From Antedon mediterranea (Eukaryota > Animalia > Echinodermata), in the NCBI RefSeq assembly GCF_964355755.1, contig NC_092676.1:2951788-3015787 (forward strand): DNA of 64,000 bases, written 5' to 3'. Positions 1 through 13,894 of this stretch are shown here, piece by piece; within the stretch, counting starts at the first letter, position 1, and each line of letters opens with the position of its first letter. The position numbers and the translations under genes were made by a program. The notes beneath the pieces were generated by a model. The model was not told where the DNA came from, searched no databases, and saw only the letters and a list, made by a program, of their open reading frames with translations.

Positions 1-558
1 ATATACATAATATATATAATAATAAAACAAATTGTATATACATATATATTAAAATTGTATATACATATATATATATAATAAAAATTGTATATACATATAT
101 TTCAAATTAATTAATTAAATTTCAGTATATTACCGGGCGGTTTAGAATTAATGTTCTATGCCTGATTTGTTTATATAAATATATATATATATAATACAAA
201 ATTGTATATACATATATTTATAATTTGTAATTATTGTTTATGTTTTATTATGTACAGTACTGTTGTTATTTCAACAAAATACTGCATTGCATTACTTTTA
301 TTTTGTGTATAATGTAACCTATACAATCTGCCATTTCATATTCTAAAGGTTGAATGTGTATGTTTACATTTTATGCCCTACTTGTGAAATGGTAAATGTT
401 ATATTTTGCATTAAATTCAAACATTAATTTTGTATGTAATGACGCCACATGTTTGCCAAATTGCAGTATGTTGTTGTGATGCTATTTTTGTCTAAAAGTG
501 TTACATTGTTTATAGTTTGTTTTTTATATTACAGTTTGATTGCTGTAGGATTTATAAT

Positions 559-800
559 ATGCAAATTACAATGCTAATTAGGTATGCAAATTAAGACTGT
601 ATGCAAATTATAAGAGTATGCAAATTATAAGAATATGCAAACTATAATAATAATAATAAATAACATTTATAAAGCGCAAGAGACAAAGGTTTCAAACTAT
701 GAGAGTATGCAAATTAAGAATTTATGTGAATTATGAGAATATGCAAATTTATAAGAGTAGGCAAATTATAACTGTATGCAAATTATGAGAGTATGCATAT
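559..800 (+). repeat. Degenerate ~17-25 bp tandem repeat built on ATGCAAATTA (octamer motif)
   Basis: About 10 copies of atgcaaatta-like words (559, 584, 601, 707, 741 and others), interrupted by an AT-rich (taa)n stretch at ~645-695. Confidence 0.7.
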
Positions 801-1362
801 TAAGACATAAAAGATATATTTATTCATCAAATAGTTAGAAATTCGGAGAAGTGATTCTCTTTGACATTTGAATTTACAGTAAAACACTAAAAAATACAGA
901 GCTCTCAAACAAAACAATTATGGTACATAGTAGTAGGTAGTAAAAGATGGAATTGAAAGAAATTTAAACTAATAAAATTACCGGAGTACAACCTGTTGAT
1001 TTTTTTGTTTCCAATTTGACATTTCTTTCTGGCTGGTTTGGGAAATTATTCTACTGCAGTAACTACATTTTACTGCAGTAACGTATTTAAAAGCTTATGA
1101 GCCAGTCACTGTAATAAACTATAAACAGTGTGTATGTGATTATAAGCTTACTAAATATTGTGCATATACAGGTTTAAGGATAAAAAATTACTGCAATGAG
1201 TAGATTTGTTACTGCAGTAACGTGTAATTGTGTTAAATCTGTTTATATAAAACGAGTGTGAACTAAACTGAAAGTATTTCTTTAACTTGAATTAGTTTCA
1301 ATTATCGTTGTGTTCATGTTTAATTTTGTTTTGTGTATAATTATATAATACTGTACTTCTTA

Positions 1363-1662
1363 AGATGTGCCCAAATATGGTAGTGATATGCCCAAATATG
1401 GTAGTGATATGCCCAAATATGGTAGTGATATGCCCAAATATGGTAGTGATATACCCAAATATGGTAGTGATATGCCCAAATATGGTAGTGATATGCCCAA
1501 ATATGGTAGTGATATGCCCAAATATGGTAGTGATATACCCAAATATGGTAGTGATATGCCCAAATATGGTAGTGATATGCCCAAATATGGTAGTGATATG
1601 CCCAAATATGGTAGTGATATCACATTTTTTGTCACATAAATTTAATAGTGTAGACAGAGCTT
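1363..1662. mobile_element. MITE family A copy (one end lost) carrying a 12 x 21-bp tandem array
   Basis: (atatgcccaaatatggtagtg)x12 followed by the family terminus atagtgtagacagagct. Confidence 0.85.
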
Positions 1663-4173
1663 CAGAAAATAATTCATTATTTCTTAAGTGGTTTTGGGTT
1701 TGTTTAAAAAAATCTGTGTGTCTGGTTACCGTTTTTATGACGATCTCTAAATTAAAGGAAAAAAGCAGAAAAAATTAAAAACATTACGAATGTCAACAGC
1801 AGCTAATGTCTTTACGAGAAAGAAAGGTTATTTCAGAAGAAGAATGTAATAATGTTACAAATTTAGAATGACATTTCACATTAAGTAGCCACTTTGCTCG
1901 GAGGTATTTCACTTTACACTTTACATTTAATGTATATTCAATTCAAATAGCTTCGGCTTTGTTTATTTTTGCTGAACTAACTCACTAAATAAATAAAAGT
2001 TATTGTTATTAGGTTTATCATCATATATATAAAATGTTAAAAATACCGACAAGTCCTACCTGCATGTGAGGAAGTGAAGTAATGTTCGTCGGAAATTATA
2101 ATTTTTGTGGATGTACAGTAGGCTGATCGAAAATAATTAATGGTTTATCAATTACTGGATTGAATTGAGTATGCAGGTAGTCAGTAGTAATATCAGAAGG
2201 GATAAAGAACCTTCCCCCACTGCTTCTCATTGCTTCAAAAATATTAATTTAGTTTCAAATGTCTTAACATGTAATAATAGGACAAACACAGATTATTTAA
2301 TAATAATATTAATTTTTGATATCTACTTTTGACAGACTATAATATTACAGTCTGTCAAAAATAGATATCAAAATGTATTTCATAAATTAATTTTAGCTTT
2401 CCAAAAGGTGGGAGGGGTGGGGATTTGTCTCTGTAACACCAATGGAAAGAGTGTAGTGATTGGGCAATCAAAGGTGTTTGAAAGTGAAATTGTTATGCAT
2501 CTTTTAAAATTCAATCTTTAGGCCTCCAATGTTTTTTTTTTGTAACCTCCCCAGAATATACTATATACAATTGAAGTCACAATAAGTTGTAAGTAGGGCA
2601 GATTTTAAGTTGATTTAGTTGTCTGGTTTGGTTAAGTGTATAAACCTAGGATCAGTGTTTCTTAAAGGCAGGAAGTTTTCTAAAACTCTGGCGTGTTGAA
2701 AGCTAAAATTCCCTGTTGTCTCTTTAATTTACGTTTGCCGAAATTTTGTTGGTCGTGGGAAATCTTGGGGCTTCCTACGGTAAAACCGAGTTGAGTTGCG
2801 TTGGTACGATAAATTTTATGCTGAATAACTGTAGTAGTGTCGACATGAAATTGTTTAAATTATGTAGTTTTTTACTATGTTGACATTATAATTGACAATG
2901 GAGGTGGCAATTTTACAGCTCCTCCATGGTTGAATATGTAATTGGGTAAAGTGTTTCGGTCTTATATAATTATAGGCTTACTACTGACCAAGGGTCATAT
3001 AGTGGGTCATTCAATTGAGAAGTGCATAATTATTGCACATATTCTCTTTCCTCACTAAGTTTACTGGGTATTGGAGCAGAAATACAGATTTTGTTGGTTT
3101 TGATATTACAATAACTCTCTCTCTTACATAAAATGCTTTTTTTAAATATTTTTCAGATTTGCAGAATACTAAATACCTCTACCAAGAGTTGTAGAAAGAC
3201 AGTGGTTCAAGTCTATCTCTTCAACCTGCTGAAAATACACAGTATTGTTTCTAAACTTGCTGCATAATGGCCAGTTAAAAAAAACCATGTTAGAGATCGG
3301 GACTAGAGTCAATCAAAACTTATTTTATAATCAGTTATATTGTGATCTTGTGTATAGAGTTAAACAAGTATGTACAAAAATGTGTAAAAACAATGTACAA
3401 AATAGCCTTTGCAACTTAAAATTGAGACTGAGGCACTGTGTATAATCATAGGGAAATGGCTATGAGCGCCACTGGCTAAACCCAGAAGCCCCAGAGCTGT
3501 GCCTGGAGCAAAGCTTACAGTCATTATCAAAATATGTTAAAAAAGGCTCGAAGCTTCCACTTAGGGTTCCTAAACCAGGTGCCTCAGGCCTCTGCGTTAC
3601 ACCACTGTTTGTGCCCCCAATAGTGTGTTATGATTTCATACCCATTTCATTTGTAGATATCTGTAGCCATTTCTATCAAATGCCCATAGAAGATATTGCT
3701 TACAATCATCTTGATTTTCTGTACAAAGATAAATGAACATCTATAAAAAAATAAATCTGCTTTAAGTGTTATTTAATTTATGAAGGCGACTTAAGTTTTG
3801 TGAAGGATACTCAAACATATGTTGAGACTTATTTCTTCATAGGTAATTAAGTAGATTAATTAAATTCATGTCCTCTGTTGCAAGTACATACTTGAATAGG
3901 GATGCGGTTACATGTGTACAACCTCCAAGTGGCTAGGGATAATAGAGTTATACAGGATGTTCCCACGACCAGGGATGTACAGCCTAGTCTTACATAACTA
4001 ATTACTGTACATGAAGATTTAATTAATCTATTTTGTAGCTATCAGTTAAAACAAGACAGTTAAAAAAATACATGTACATTTATAACATTGTAGGAAAAGT
4101 AATAAAATATACTGTATATAAAACAACGTGCTATTTTTTTTATTAGGCAGCATATAACACAGGAGTTCTGTTC

Positions 4174-4335
4174 AGCCTTGTTTACACTATCAAACTTTAT
4201 GTGACATCAAAATGTGATGTGCTCATACATGAACATGATGATATCATATCAGTACCATATGTGGGCATATCACTACCATAATTTGGGCACATCACACTTT
4301 TTTTGTCAAACTAGTTTGATAGTGTAGACAGAGCT
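4174..4335. mobile_element. MITE family A (Harbinger-like)
   Basis: Diverged left TIR agccttgtttacactatcaaact; right TIR agtttgatagtgtagacagagct; internal 21-mer units. Confidence 0.85.
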
Positions 4336-4338
4336 TTA

Positions 4339-4499
4339 AGCTTGGTTCGTACTCGGATGCAACAAAACGACGTAGGCACAACGCAGATGAGTTGACCAAT
4401 CACAAGCGATAGTTTGGAAGATCCATCACATCATGATTGGTCAAATTACTTGTGGTGTGCAATTACGTCCTTGCTTTGCGTTCAAGTGGAAACCAAGCT
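4339..4499. mobile_element. MITE family B (Harbinger-like)
   Basis: Termini agcttggttc...gaaaccaagct, TTA on both sides (4336-4338, 4500-4502), internal inverted gaccaatca/tgattggtc. Confidence 0.85.
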
Positions 4500-5446
4500 T
4501 TACGTGGTAATCATATTTCTTCAGCATGTAACTTGAATTGTTTTATAAACACATGTTTGACTGTAGACATGAAATAAATCAACATGAGACTAGGGCCTAT
4601 ACAGCGTTTGGTTCTATTTTAAAAAGAAAACATTTTGGCATACATGGCGTGTCATAACCATACTTTATCTGAAACCCCATCCCCATATTTCACAATCTTG
4701 ATTCTCCACTATCGTTCAACCATCTCTCTGCTATTACTACTCATCCTGTCAAACACCTCATGGCTGCTTTTTTTAAACTCCCTATAATATGCAGCAGTAC
4801 ATGCATGGTAATATACTAGCTATACATGCTTAATGTGAGATATGAACAGGCAAAACTCTCCAGACACAGTGGCGATCAACTCACTTCAGACGTTCTGTTT
4901 CCTGATCCGTAGTGTAAGCTTACATTCAAGCTGTGACTCAGATTATTTCAGAAGTGAGCAAAACACATTTTTATCAAATCGCAGTAATTTGTGTATCACA
5001 CCTGGTTTGGCCTTACATCAACGCCAGTTGTATTGTTATCAAATTCAATATACTTTCCAATTATATACTCAATAAAACTAATTTGATTCATTGTCCGCAG
5101 AGAATTCTGAAATATTATAATCGTCTTTTCTGTAATTGATGATGTAGTATTAAGTCTATGTACGTAATGTGTAGTACTACAAACCTACCGTGTATAATGT
5201 AAACAAAATTCAACAAAATCTCCCAATAAACTGTAGGACTTAACGTTAACGTATGTGGATCTGCTGATTTCGTAATATGTAAACTTATAAAGCACAAACT
5301 AGGTCTATGGAAATGGAAAAAAAAGAAAATCTGCACGGGAAACTTGAAGAAGAAATTCTCACCTTTTGATACAATTCCTGAATATGAATATTTTTCGTTT
5401 ATTTCATGCAAATAACTAAATAATTATTTAAAAACTTTATGAATAA

Positions 5447-5739
5447 AGCTCTGCCTACACTATCAAACTATTTTGACAAAAAAAAGTGTGATGTGCCCAA
5501 ATATGGTAGTTATATTCCCAAATATGGTAGTAATATTCCCAAATATGGTAGTGATTTTCAATTTCAATTTAACTTTATTTCAGACAAACTGTCCATATGA
5601 AACATATACTTACAACAAAAAAGAAAAAGAAAAGATAAAAAAGAAAAAGAACTAAAACAAAATAAATACATGACATCATCATGTCCATATATGAGCACAT
5701 CACATTTGTCACATAAAGTTTGATAGTGTAAACAGAGCT
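5447..5739. mobile_element. MITE family A with nested AT-rich insertion
   Basis: Both TIRs present, three 21-mer units, ~110 bp of foreign sequence at ~5557-5668. Confidence 0.8.
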
Positions 5740-7318
5740 TAAGAAAAATTATACATATATACAGCTACCATATACAATTGCCATATTACTTTACCACATC
5801 AATGTATCTAGTACTTAAGAAATCAAATGTAGGCTACTGTCAGCTAATGTCATAGTCAATTGTGTTATTTTGCTCAAATTTGCATTTCTCATTATTTTTT
5901 CAATAAATTTTAGATTACAATAAATGATTGATTGTAAAGCATCTATTACTCCACTGTATTATTTTACTATATAGGCCGGCTGTGTTGAATATTTAATAAT
6001 ATTGGCTATGTAATGTATTAAAACAATAAATGAATGCAATAAAAGACTAACAAAATAAACTTTTTACAATTCAATAGCCTCTTTTAAGAGGGCTATTGAA
6101 ATGTAAACATTAAAATTGTTTGAATATATTTTAAACTTGATTTTACTGCTTTTTATATATTCGTTGTTTTGCCCTAAAAACAATTTTTTTATATATTTGT
6201 TGTTGAATGTAACATTTTACTGTTACAAATTCACTTTGACCAAAAATTTGATTAAACCAATTTTTTTGTCTAAAAAAGCCAAAGAAAAAAGTCAAACTTT
6301 CACTTTCAAACAATGGGATTAATTTCATTAATGAATTCCTTTTTATAAGTGAAATAATTTTTTCTTTATTTCTATGGAAGTGAATAACTTTATTAAGATT
6401 ATGTAGTTTTTATTCCAATTTTTCATCTTCTTTCGTAGCTTTTCTGAGATTTGTCTTCTTGTCTTGTGATTTATTAAAAATAAAATAAAGAACTTAGTTT
6501 TGTTTGTTTTGCAATAGTTATACGGGTAGTTGAAAAAGTATATTTGTCTGTCTGCCACGAAGGTTAAAAGGATCCTTTAATAGAGGTCACACATATTAAT
6601 AATAATAATGTTATATTAATTATATTATGTTATTATTTGTACAGAGCAAAAACATATACAATATTTTACCCTCCATTTGTTTATTTAATCAACTTTCTGA
6701 AAGTCTAAAAAAACCCCTCTCCCACATCAAACCTGGGACCATTGGCGACCCCTTTTATCCATGCTAAATATCCCAATGGGCTTCTAAAAACCACCAAAGG
6801 TCAAATTCACACATGTGCTTGGTCTGTAAATCTTGGGCCAAAATCAACAAAGGACCCTGGGATGAAAAGTCAATCTCACAGGATCAGAAACTTGATACTT
6901 TCTTTAATTTTATGCTAGTTTGTCATGGTAACCAGCAGTTTCTAGATGTTTATCTATAGCATGCAGAAACCTAGACTGGTCCCATGTCTAGTTAGTCATC
7001 ATGAATAGTATTCCGGGTTTTTTTTTTATGCCATGAAATATTATAATTACAAAGATAAACATGTCTGACTATATGAGTTTTTATACAACAAAATTAGAAC
7101 TTTGGTTAATACGAGTATGCTAATTTGTATGCTAATGAGCTATGGTTGATATGAATAATGATATCATTTTACGCAAATGTAGCGTAAAGTATTAAGCGAA
7201 GTGATTTTAAATTACTCTGGTTCTCCCTCTTTTATCTTTCCAGACTGATTTTAAATTTGTGTTATTATTGTTGAATAAAGATAGAAACCTGTTTTTGTGG
7301 AGAATAAAAAAAAGAAAA

Positions 7319-7515
7319 CAGTAAAACCCCTAAAAATGGGACACCTTTGGGACCAAAAAAAGTGTCCCCTTAATATGGGTGACCCCAATACGGATGACCC
7401 CAATATGGGTGACCCCTCAATGGGGGGAGGTCATAATGTTAACATATAATATATTGCCCTGTGTTTGATTCATTGAGGTGTCCCCTTAATAGAGTTGTCC
7501 CAAAAATGGAGGGTT
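7319..7515. mobile_element. Tc1/pogo-like MITE, diverged
   Basis: Starts cagtaaaacccc; ggacacctttgggacc...gtgtccccttaat core shared with 26334-26535 and ~36642-36850. Confidence 0.55.
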
Positions 7516-8489
7516 TTTTGATTGGATCAAACTGTTTTTTATTTTCTCTCTCCCCTATGTTTACTAAGATTTAAGTACAGTACTTTTATATTTGTACTTT
7601 GATACCGCAATACTAATATTATCATTTATTGTTGGTTTTAGCATTGTTTGAACAACAGATTTATCGGTCAACATCAGTAAATGTAGCTACAGTTTACGGT
7701 ATTGTAAACATGTTTACAATACCGTTTATGTTTGCAGTTGTTTGATTTTTGTATTTGACTGTTAATCTGTCGGTGGAATAATCCTTGCGTAGAACAATTG
7801 ATTGGCATTACATCATCATTTCATCAACCGATTTTTACATTTTTACGACAGTGACAAATGAACGGGTTACACTTTTCATTGTGTACTAAATCAATTAGTG
7901 GAAATTAAATATTTTAAGATACCAAGAGATCAGTCAAAATTATTCTACTGAAGTTACTTGTGTCTGGAACAAGCAAAAAGACCGGTGTTCTGGGATAGGA
8001 CTAGCATAGCCTACAAGCCCCTCTTGAAAAATACATCATGTATAGTGTTACTGCAGCAACTACTTTTTTTACTGCAATAATGTATGATTTTAGTATGTTT
8101 CAAGGTAGCGGTTTCTGAGGTAGTCATTGTAATAAACATACTAAAAAAGGTTGCAGAATGATTGTCCAAAAACAGGTTGAAGAGTAAACAAAATGTATTT
8201 AACTGCAGTTAGAATAATGATGTTGACATTGTGCCTAAGCCCATTTTATTTCAAGTGTTCCAGCAGGTCGAGAGAGATGGTTCGAGCAAACACCAGATTA
8301 CAATTGGGTTGTTGTGTACATATGCTTCTGAATAAACATTAAGCCACCTACGTTTGAAATACTATGGTCAACTGAACTCCCTCCAAAATAGACACCACAA
8401 ATTTCCCAGTGGTCAATAGTTAAACTTCTATTTTACTGTAGGTTTTCAGTTGTTCCTGGGTACACGAAATAATAATACACATTAGCATA

Positions 8490-8640
8490 TACACTATCAA
8501 ACTTTATGCGACAAAAAAATGTGATGTGATCATATATGGACATGATGATGTCATATCACTACCATATTTGGGCATACCACTACCATAGTTGGGCTCATCA
8601 CACCTTATTGTCAAACTAGTTTGATAGTGTAGACAGAGCT
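8490..8640. mobile_element. MITE family A
   Basis: acactatcaaact...agtttgatagtgtagacagagct with two 21-mer units. Confidence 0.85.
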
Positions 8641-9237
8641 TAACACAGAATGAAAAAAACACAAGACAAATATTCAACTTTTTTTGTAAATATAATTTAA
8701 TAATGTTGCCAGTACATTTTAAATTATCAACCAAACGATGTTATCATTGGATTTTACAATTTCCGATTCTCAGATGGATAGCGAACTCCATATTGTATAT
8801 GTTTTCACTATTCACAGGAAATCCTGTGTTCCCTTCTGCACCACTACACATGGACAACAAAAACAATTTTTGTTACTATATTTAGATAATGTGAATCCTA
8901 ACTAATCAATATATTTGCACAGATATTCAATAAATTAAAAAATGGGTTGAATTTGTGAGATTCATCATACATGAATGATCATAAAATTATACTTATATCA
9001 AATAATAAAATAGCAATAAAATTATTATAATTAGATGCTACCTCTATTAAGGAACCATTTTAGGACCATATTTGCTGCTCTTTCTTTAGTTACAAAGCTA
9101 TGGTTAAACATGGCATCTAAACATAGAATCTGTATTAATTTATTAATGCATATACAAAATCTGAATCCCCAATTAAGGACCACTTTGGTTTGGGACAAGC
9201 ACCAATGATATTTTAAAGGTACACTGTATTTTATTTA

Positions 9238-9380
9238 AGCTTGGTTCCCACTAGGATGTAACGCAAGGACGTAAACGCAACGTAAACAAGTTGACCAATG
9301 ACAATCGACAGTTCCAATAATCTATCGCTTGTGATTGGTCAACTCACTTACGTTGCGTCTCTAGTGAGCACCAATCATTA
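9238..9380. mobile_element. MITE family B
   Basis: agcttggttcccactag left TIR, diverged right TIR, internal gaccaat/attggtc inverted pair. Confidence 0.8.
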
Positions 9381-11652
9381 AAGACCAATAATGTTTAGGA
9401 CCACTACAACGAGGTCAAACAGTCATAAACAACCAACCTTCGAAAATATATAATTAATTTTTGAAATTGCAAATCATAATCCTGCATTAATAATAACAGA
9501 TTAATAGCTGTAGCATCAATTAATATAATTTATTCATAATTAGTAAAACAAAACCCCTCACACCTCATACTTTTGCAATTTGAAAATGGCCAATATAAAC
9601 TGCTTTAGATAATTGCTTTACCTATATGGTTTTCATTATGGTATTGCATATTGGTAATGACACCTTTATCATTTTATCACAAATAATATTCATTGAAACA
9701 GAATTTAAACAACTTTAAACAAGCTAAAATATTCTTGGTTAATTTTAAAAAATAAATAAATTTACATATACAAATTTCACAACTGGAAAAAAAAAATTAA
9801 AAAATTCCAGATCACTCTTTTCAAGATTCTGTAACAATTATATAAGAATAATTTGTGTTTAATGAAAGGAAACAAAAGTTATCTAATTTTGTTTTTCTAC
9901 ACTTTTTACACAAAAATCAAAGTTTTTCTAATATTTTTCCAATTAAAATAATATAGTAAATGAAAATCGGTAAACATGTGCAGTGGTGCAGATAAACAAG
10001 TTACGTTTGTTGTAGTTTTTATTTTACATTAAAATCTTTAGGCTTAATAATATTGCTGTTTCTCGTCTAGCAAATTGCATGATGGGAAACTTCTCCTTAA
10101 AAGGAAAACACCGTTTCTAACATTGAAGAAATCTTGTCTTCTTTTGAGTAGGGAGCTTTTTCTGTTTTTTTGTTGTTGACATCTCAGAATTTGTTCTTAA
10201 TGAATGATAAATTTAGAACGCACCAAATTGTAACTTTAAATTCATATTTTGTACATTTTCTACAGTGTCATCATCGAACAAGTCGTCTTATCTATTGTAA
10301 ATATTCAAATATAACAATAGAAATGATCGTCAATATCTGAATATGGACATTGCATCAAAACAAGTACTGTACCAAAGATAAGATAATAATTAATGCACTC
10401 TGTATTATATCTATTGTCAAATTACCTTACATCACTTTAAAAGGTATCCCTTTAAAATCAGTGTTTCCTATATGTTTACCCATTACAATGTAATTTTGCT
10501 ATCCGAGAAACATTTTTCTGCAACAATATATTTTGACAAAATTTAACATAATATATAATTTTCTGGAGATTAATTTCAAGACAAAACAAAAATAAACTTT
10601 ACATAACTTTACATAAATCTGTTTTTTCTATACAAAATAACCACCCTCTAGCATACTACATAAAGTCCTCTTTCACACTCTTTTAAACATTTTTTGTCGA
10701 TCCCTTTGGAGCAAAAATTTGAAAGCACACCGTGGTTAAAGAACTGTAAATAATAATAGTTGAAAGTATTTTACTGCAGTTACTGAAGTAATTCTAATAC
10801 TAATAATAATAGAATTACTTCATTATATGACCAGATTACCGATATTCTTTTGTATGTACAATAAACTTGTGCGTAACTTTTTAACTTTTAACTTTCTTTT
10901 CCAATGATTGTAATGTTGGTCAACCATTATTCTGTGTTTTGATCTGTTTTGTTGTTTATCATGTCAAATATTTTACACTAAAATACTCCATCATTCTTTT
11001 TTCAACTTTACTCAACGGTTTTTTTATATAAAATTGTATGCATAATCAACGTGGAAGTGAATTGAGGAATATGTATTCTTTTATAAACACAAACAATTCA
11101 CAAATCCCAAAAGCCTAAAAACAATTAAAATTAAATGCACCTAACTAATTAAAACTCCTAATTAACAAAAATCATTAGGATTTTTTTCTCGTTTTAATGT
11201 TATTAATTTTTTGAAAAGATGGGCTCTAATTAAAATAATTTAGAAATGAGTGCGACACCTATGCACAAAATTGTACACTATTTTTTGTAATTAATAACTA
11301 ATATTGTAACTTTATTTACTTTAAACAATGCTGTTAAACAATGGGGTCAAAATGGGTGTTTATTTGGCACTGTTGGCTCTCAGACCAGCTGTTGTGTTTG
11401 ACATTCAGGTTTGACCTTAGGTTAGGGGTCATATTGACAGTTCTCTACCAAATAGCATTATCCCAAAATAAATCTTAAATCATCAAAAATTATATAAAAT
11501 AGCTCCATTTGCATCACACACATGATTTTAACTTTAATATTTCCGATTCTTGAAATTTTAAGTATAAACTCACAAAATGTTTAACGATCATGTTTTTTAT
11601 ATACTTAAATCCAGGCTTTGGTTGTTGAGTCTTGCTTCCTGCACAAGACAGT

Positions 11653-12867
11653 TCATCTGCTCCCAGCGTTTACTTGTTTGTTCCCATGTACTTTCCCGTG
11701 GGCTTTCCCATGAGGCTTCTGTGGTATGTATTGACGCGGCGGTGGAATGTACGGCTTGGCTGAATAAACACATCCTTTTTCGTAAGTGTAAGTTGGAATG
11801 TATGAGTGAAACGTAACAATTGACTGTTGTTGTTCATAGTTAATCTGACGCTCAATGGTTGCTGCTTTTTCCGTGATTAATTGCAAGATCTGTCGTCGTT
11901 CGTGTCCCATGAGACAAACCGTACTTGAATCTACAACACGTCGCAAAATCAGCAGGTACCGATGTTTCATGACATTGTCCCCTTGAAAGTGCATTTGAAG
12001 GTAGGTTTCCAGTTTTTGTCGTTGCTGATTTAAGTCTTTGAAGTCGATGAAAAACCGAGAACACATATACCTCTCCAAAAACTTGATCTCCTTCGAGCTT
12101 TCTGGTTCGTAATTTAATGCTAACAGTTTACAATACTTCAAGAGACCGCCTCCTCGTATTTCTTCCGGACAACGAGTAGCGATAAGTCTGTGGTTTAAGT
12201 GTGCAAGCGCTTCAGTAAAGTCGCCATAAAGGCTCTCACCATAAACGGTTGGATAGAAGTGTTCGTACATGTAGATATCAGTGTCGGTGACTTTATAGAA
12301 ATTAAGTAGCTCATCGAGAATAATTTGAAAGGAGTCCACACTGAATTCAAACTGCCGTCGCATCTCGTCCACAAATTTCAACTCTACGTTCTTCCCCAAG
12401 TTGTTTGAGAGTGAGATAAGGCTCCACCTATCTTTGTCTGTAACCTTAAACATCTTGTTTACATAAGCTTCTTGCAAGACACAGTGCGACATACGCTCTT
12501 TACTTACACCCTCTGGTAGGAAATTAAGAAGTGACTCCAGCACAACTTCTCGAATGATACTCAAATTACGAGGGGCCGACAGGTCCACACGAAATATCAA
12601 ATCCAAGTCATTGAATGGAGTCCTGTTTGGATCCGAACTCAACACGAAGCTAGCAGCTCCTCCATTTAATCGGATACTATCAACAGCAACCCCTTCCCTT
12701 TCTAGTCTTTCTTGAACAATATCTACAAGGTCCAATAATTGAATTTCCAATGTTGGAAAGTTTCCCCTACCGTGTATCTGGATCGGCTCAATAAGTACAT
12801 GGTCTAGTCGTTCTACTTGGTCGTACGTTAAAACCTGCTTCAGACGATTCGGTGCTTTACTCGCCAT
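11653..12867 (-). CDS. TENT5: Terminal nucleotidyltransferase 5 (FAM46 family non-canonical poly(A) polymerase), single coding exon
   Basis: 404-aa ORF with family motifs IHGRGNFPTL, LNGGAAS, NDLDLIF (catalytic DxD), WSLISLSNNLGKNVELKFVD, RRQFEFSVDSFQI, RGGGLLKYC, RYMCSRFFIDF, STVCLMGHERRQ; splice acceptor just upstream at 12887-12888. Confidence 0.97.
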   Translation of the reverse strand: MASKAPNRLKQVLTYDQVERLDHVLIEPIQIHGRGNFPTLEIQLLDLVDIVQERLEREGVAVDSIRLNGGAASFVLSSDPNRTPFNDLDLIFRVDLSAPRNLSIIREVVLESLLNFLPEGVSKERMSHCVLQEAYVNKMFKVTDKDRWSLISLSNNLGKNVELKFVDEMRRQFEFSVDSFQIILDELLNFYKVTDTDIYMYEHFYPTVYGESLYGDFTEALAHLNHRLIATRCPEEIRGGGLLKYCKLLALNYEPESSKEIKFLERYMCSRFFIDFKDLNQQRQKLETYLQMHFQGDNVMKHRYLLILRRVVDSSTVCLMGHERRQILQLITEKAATIERQINYEQQQSIVTFHSYIPTYTYEKGCVYSAKPYIPPPRQYIPQKPHGKAHGKVHGNKQVNAGSR

Positions 12868-13894
12868 AACGTTTGCTCAGTAACGACTGTAAAGGAAGAC
12901 AAATGAAAATATATTAAAAGTAAAGAAAACGTTTCCAGAAATTTCTTTACTTTACCAGCAGTACCACACAAACTCAACATATGCCGAGTGAATATATTTA
13001 CGAAACTGTCTCTCTCAGCTGTTTCTGATATCTAATGACCAGTTTACAGCATACTTGAATATATATATCAATCCGCCTTTAGTCGCCGTATGGACATCAC
13101 AAATTCGTTTCATTACAAGTAAAATTACATAATACCTATAATTAATTTGTTTAGATGTTTATGTTAGATACTATTAGGCTATCGTTTGTGATATCTTTGC
13201 TAGATTTCATCATATTTATGTCCTATTTTAGCAGTGGATCTGAAAATTCAAGGGCGGTGAACTCGATTGAAATGTCTCCTTATTGGCTGATTAGCTGTCA
13301 CGGTTTATAAGTGCATACTCAACAGGTCTGGGATTGCCTTACAATCTCGCAATCTGGGAATTCCAAATTATGAAATACTAATTCATTATATTAAATGTTC
13401 AAGTGTAGTTTTAAGGCAGGGTATTGCGATTGCTTTTGTACTTCATTCATTCTTGATGATTTAAGCAATTTATAACCAGCGGTTGTGGATGCACGAGATT
13501 CAAGTTTCTGAGACACTATGAGTTTTAATGATGAGGTAGTTACTACATAATTCATTTATTTGGAAAAAGAAATTAATCGTTTTGGTTGATTTCAAAATTG
13601 CTTTTTTTCAACGTCCTACGTAAACGTAAACTTACATCTTCTGTGGAGTTGTGTATTGTTATCTATATTTATTGTGAAATTGAGCATTCCATTCTAAACT
13701 CATAAATTTCGCTGACATAAGCAAAAACCAAGGTCTACTGAATTTAAAAAGAGGGCGGTAGACAGGTCAAGAATTTCGGGCATGAAGTTTTTTTTTCAAG
13801 GTCTGGTATAAAGACTAGCAAAACTTTTTAATAAAGATTGGCACGGAAATGGACAAATATTTAAAAAAATTTAATATATACTGAATAATTTAAT

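Noticed and set aside
1360-1778. Repetitive ORFs ([21 protein letters not shown]), also at 57058-57349 and 59046-59247
   Set aside because: They are translations of the 21-bp MITE-internal repeat, open in several frames only because the unit lacks stops.
3158-3760. Terminal exon of an upstream plus-strand gene (acceptor at 3157, AATAAA near 3750)
   Set aside because: Only generic signals in AT-rich DNA; no recognisable coding sequence.
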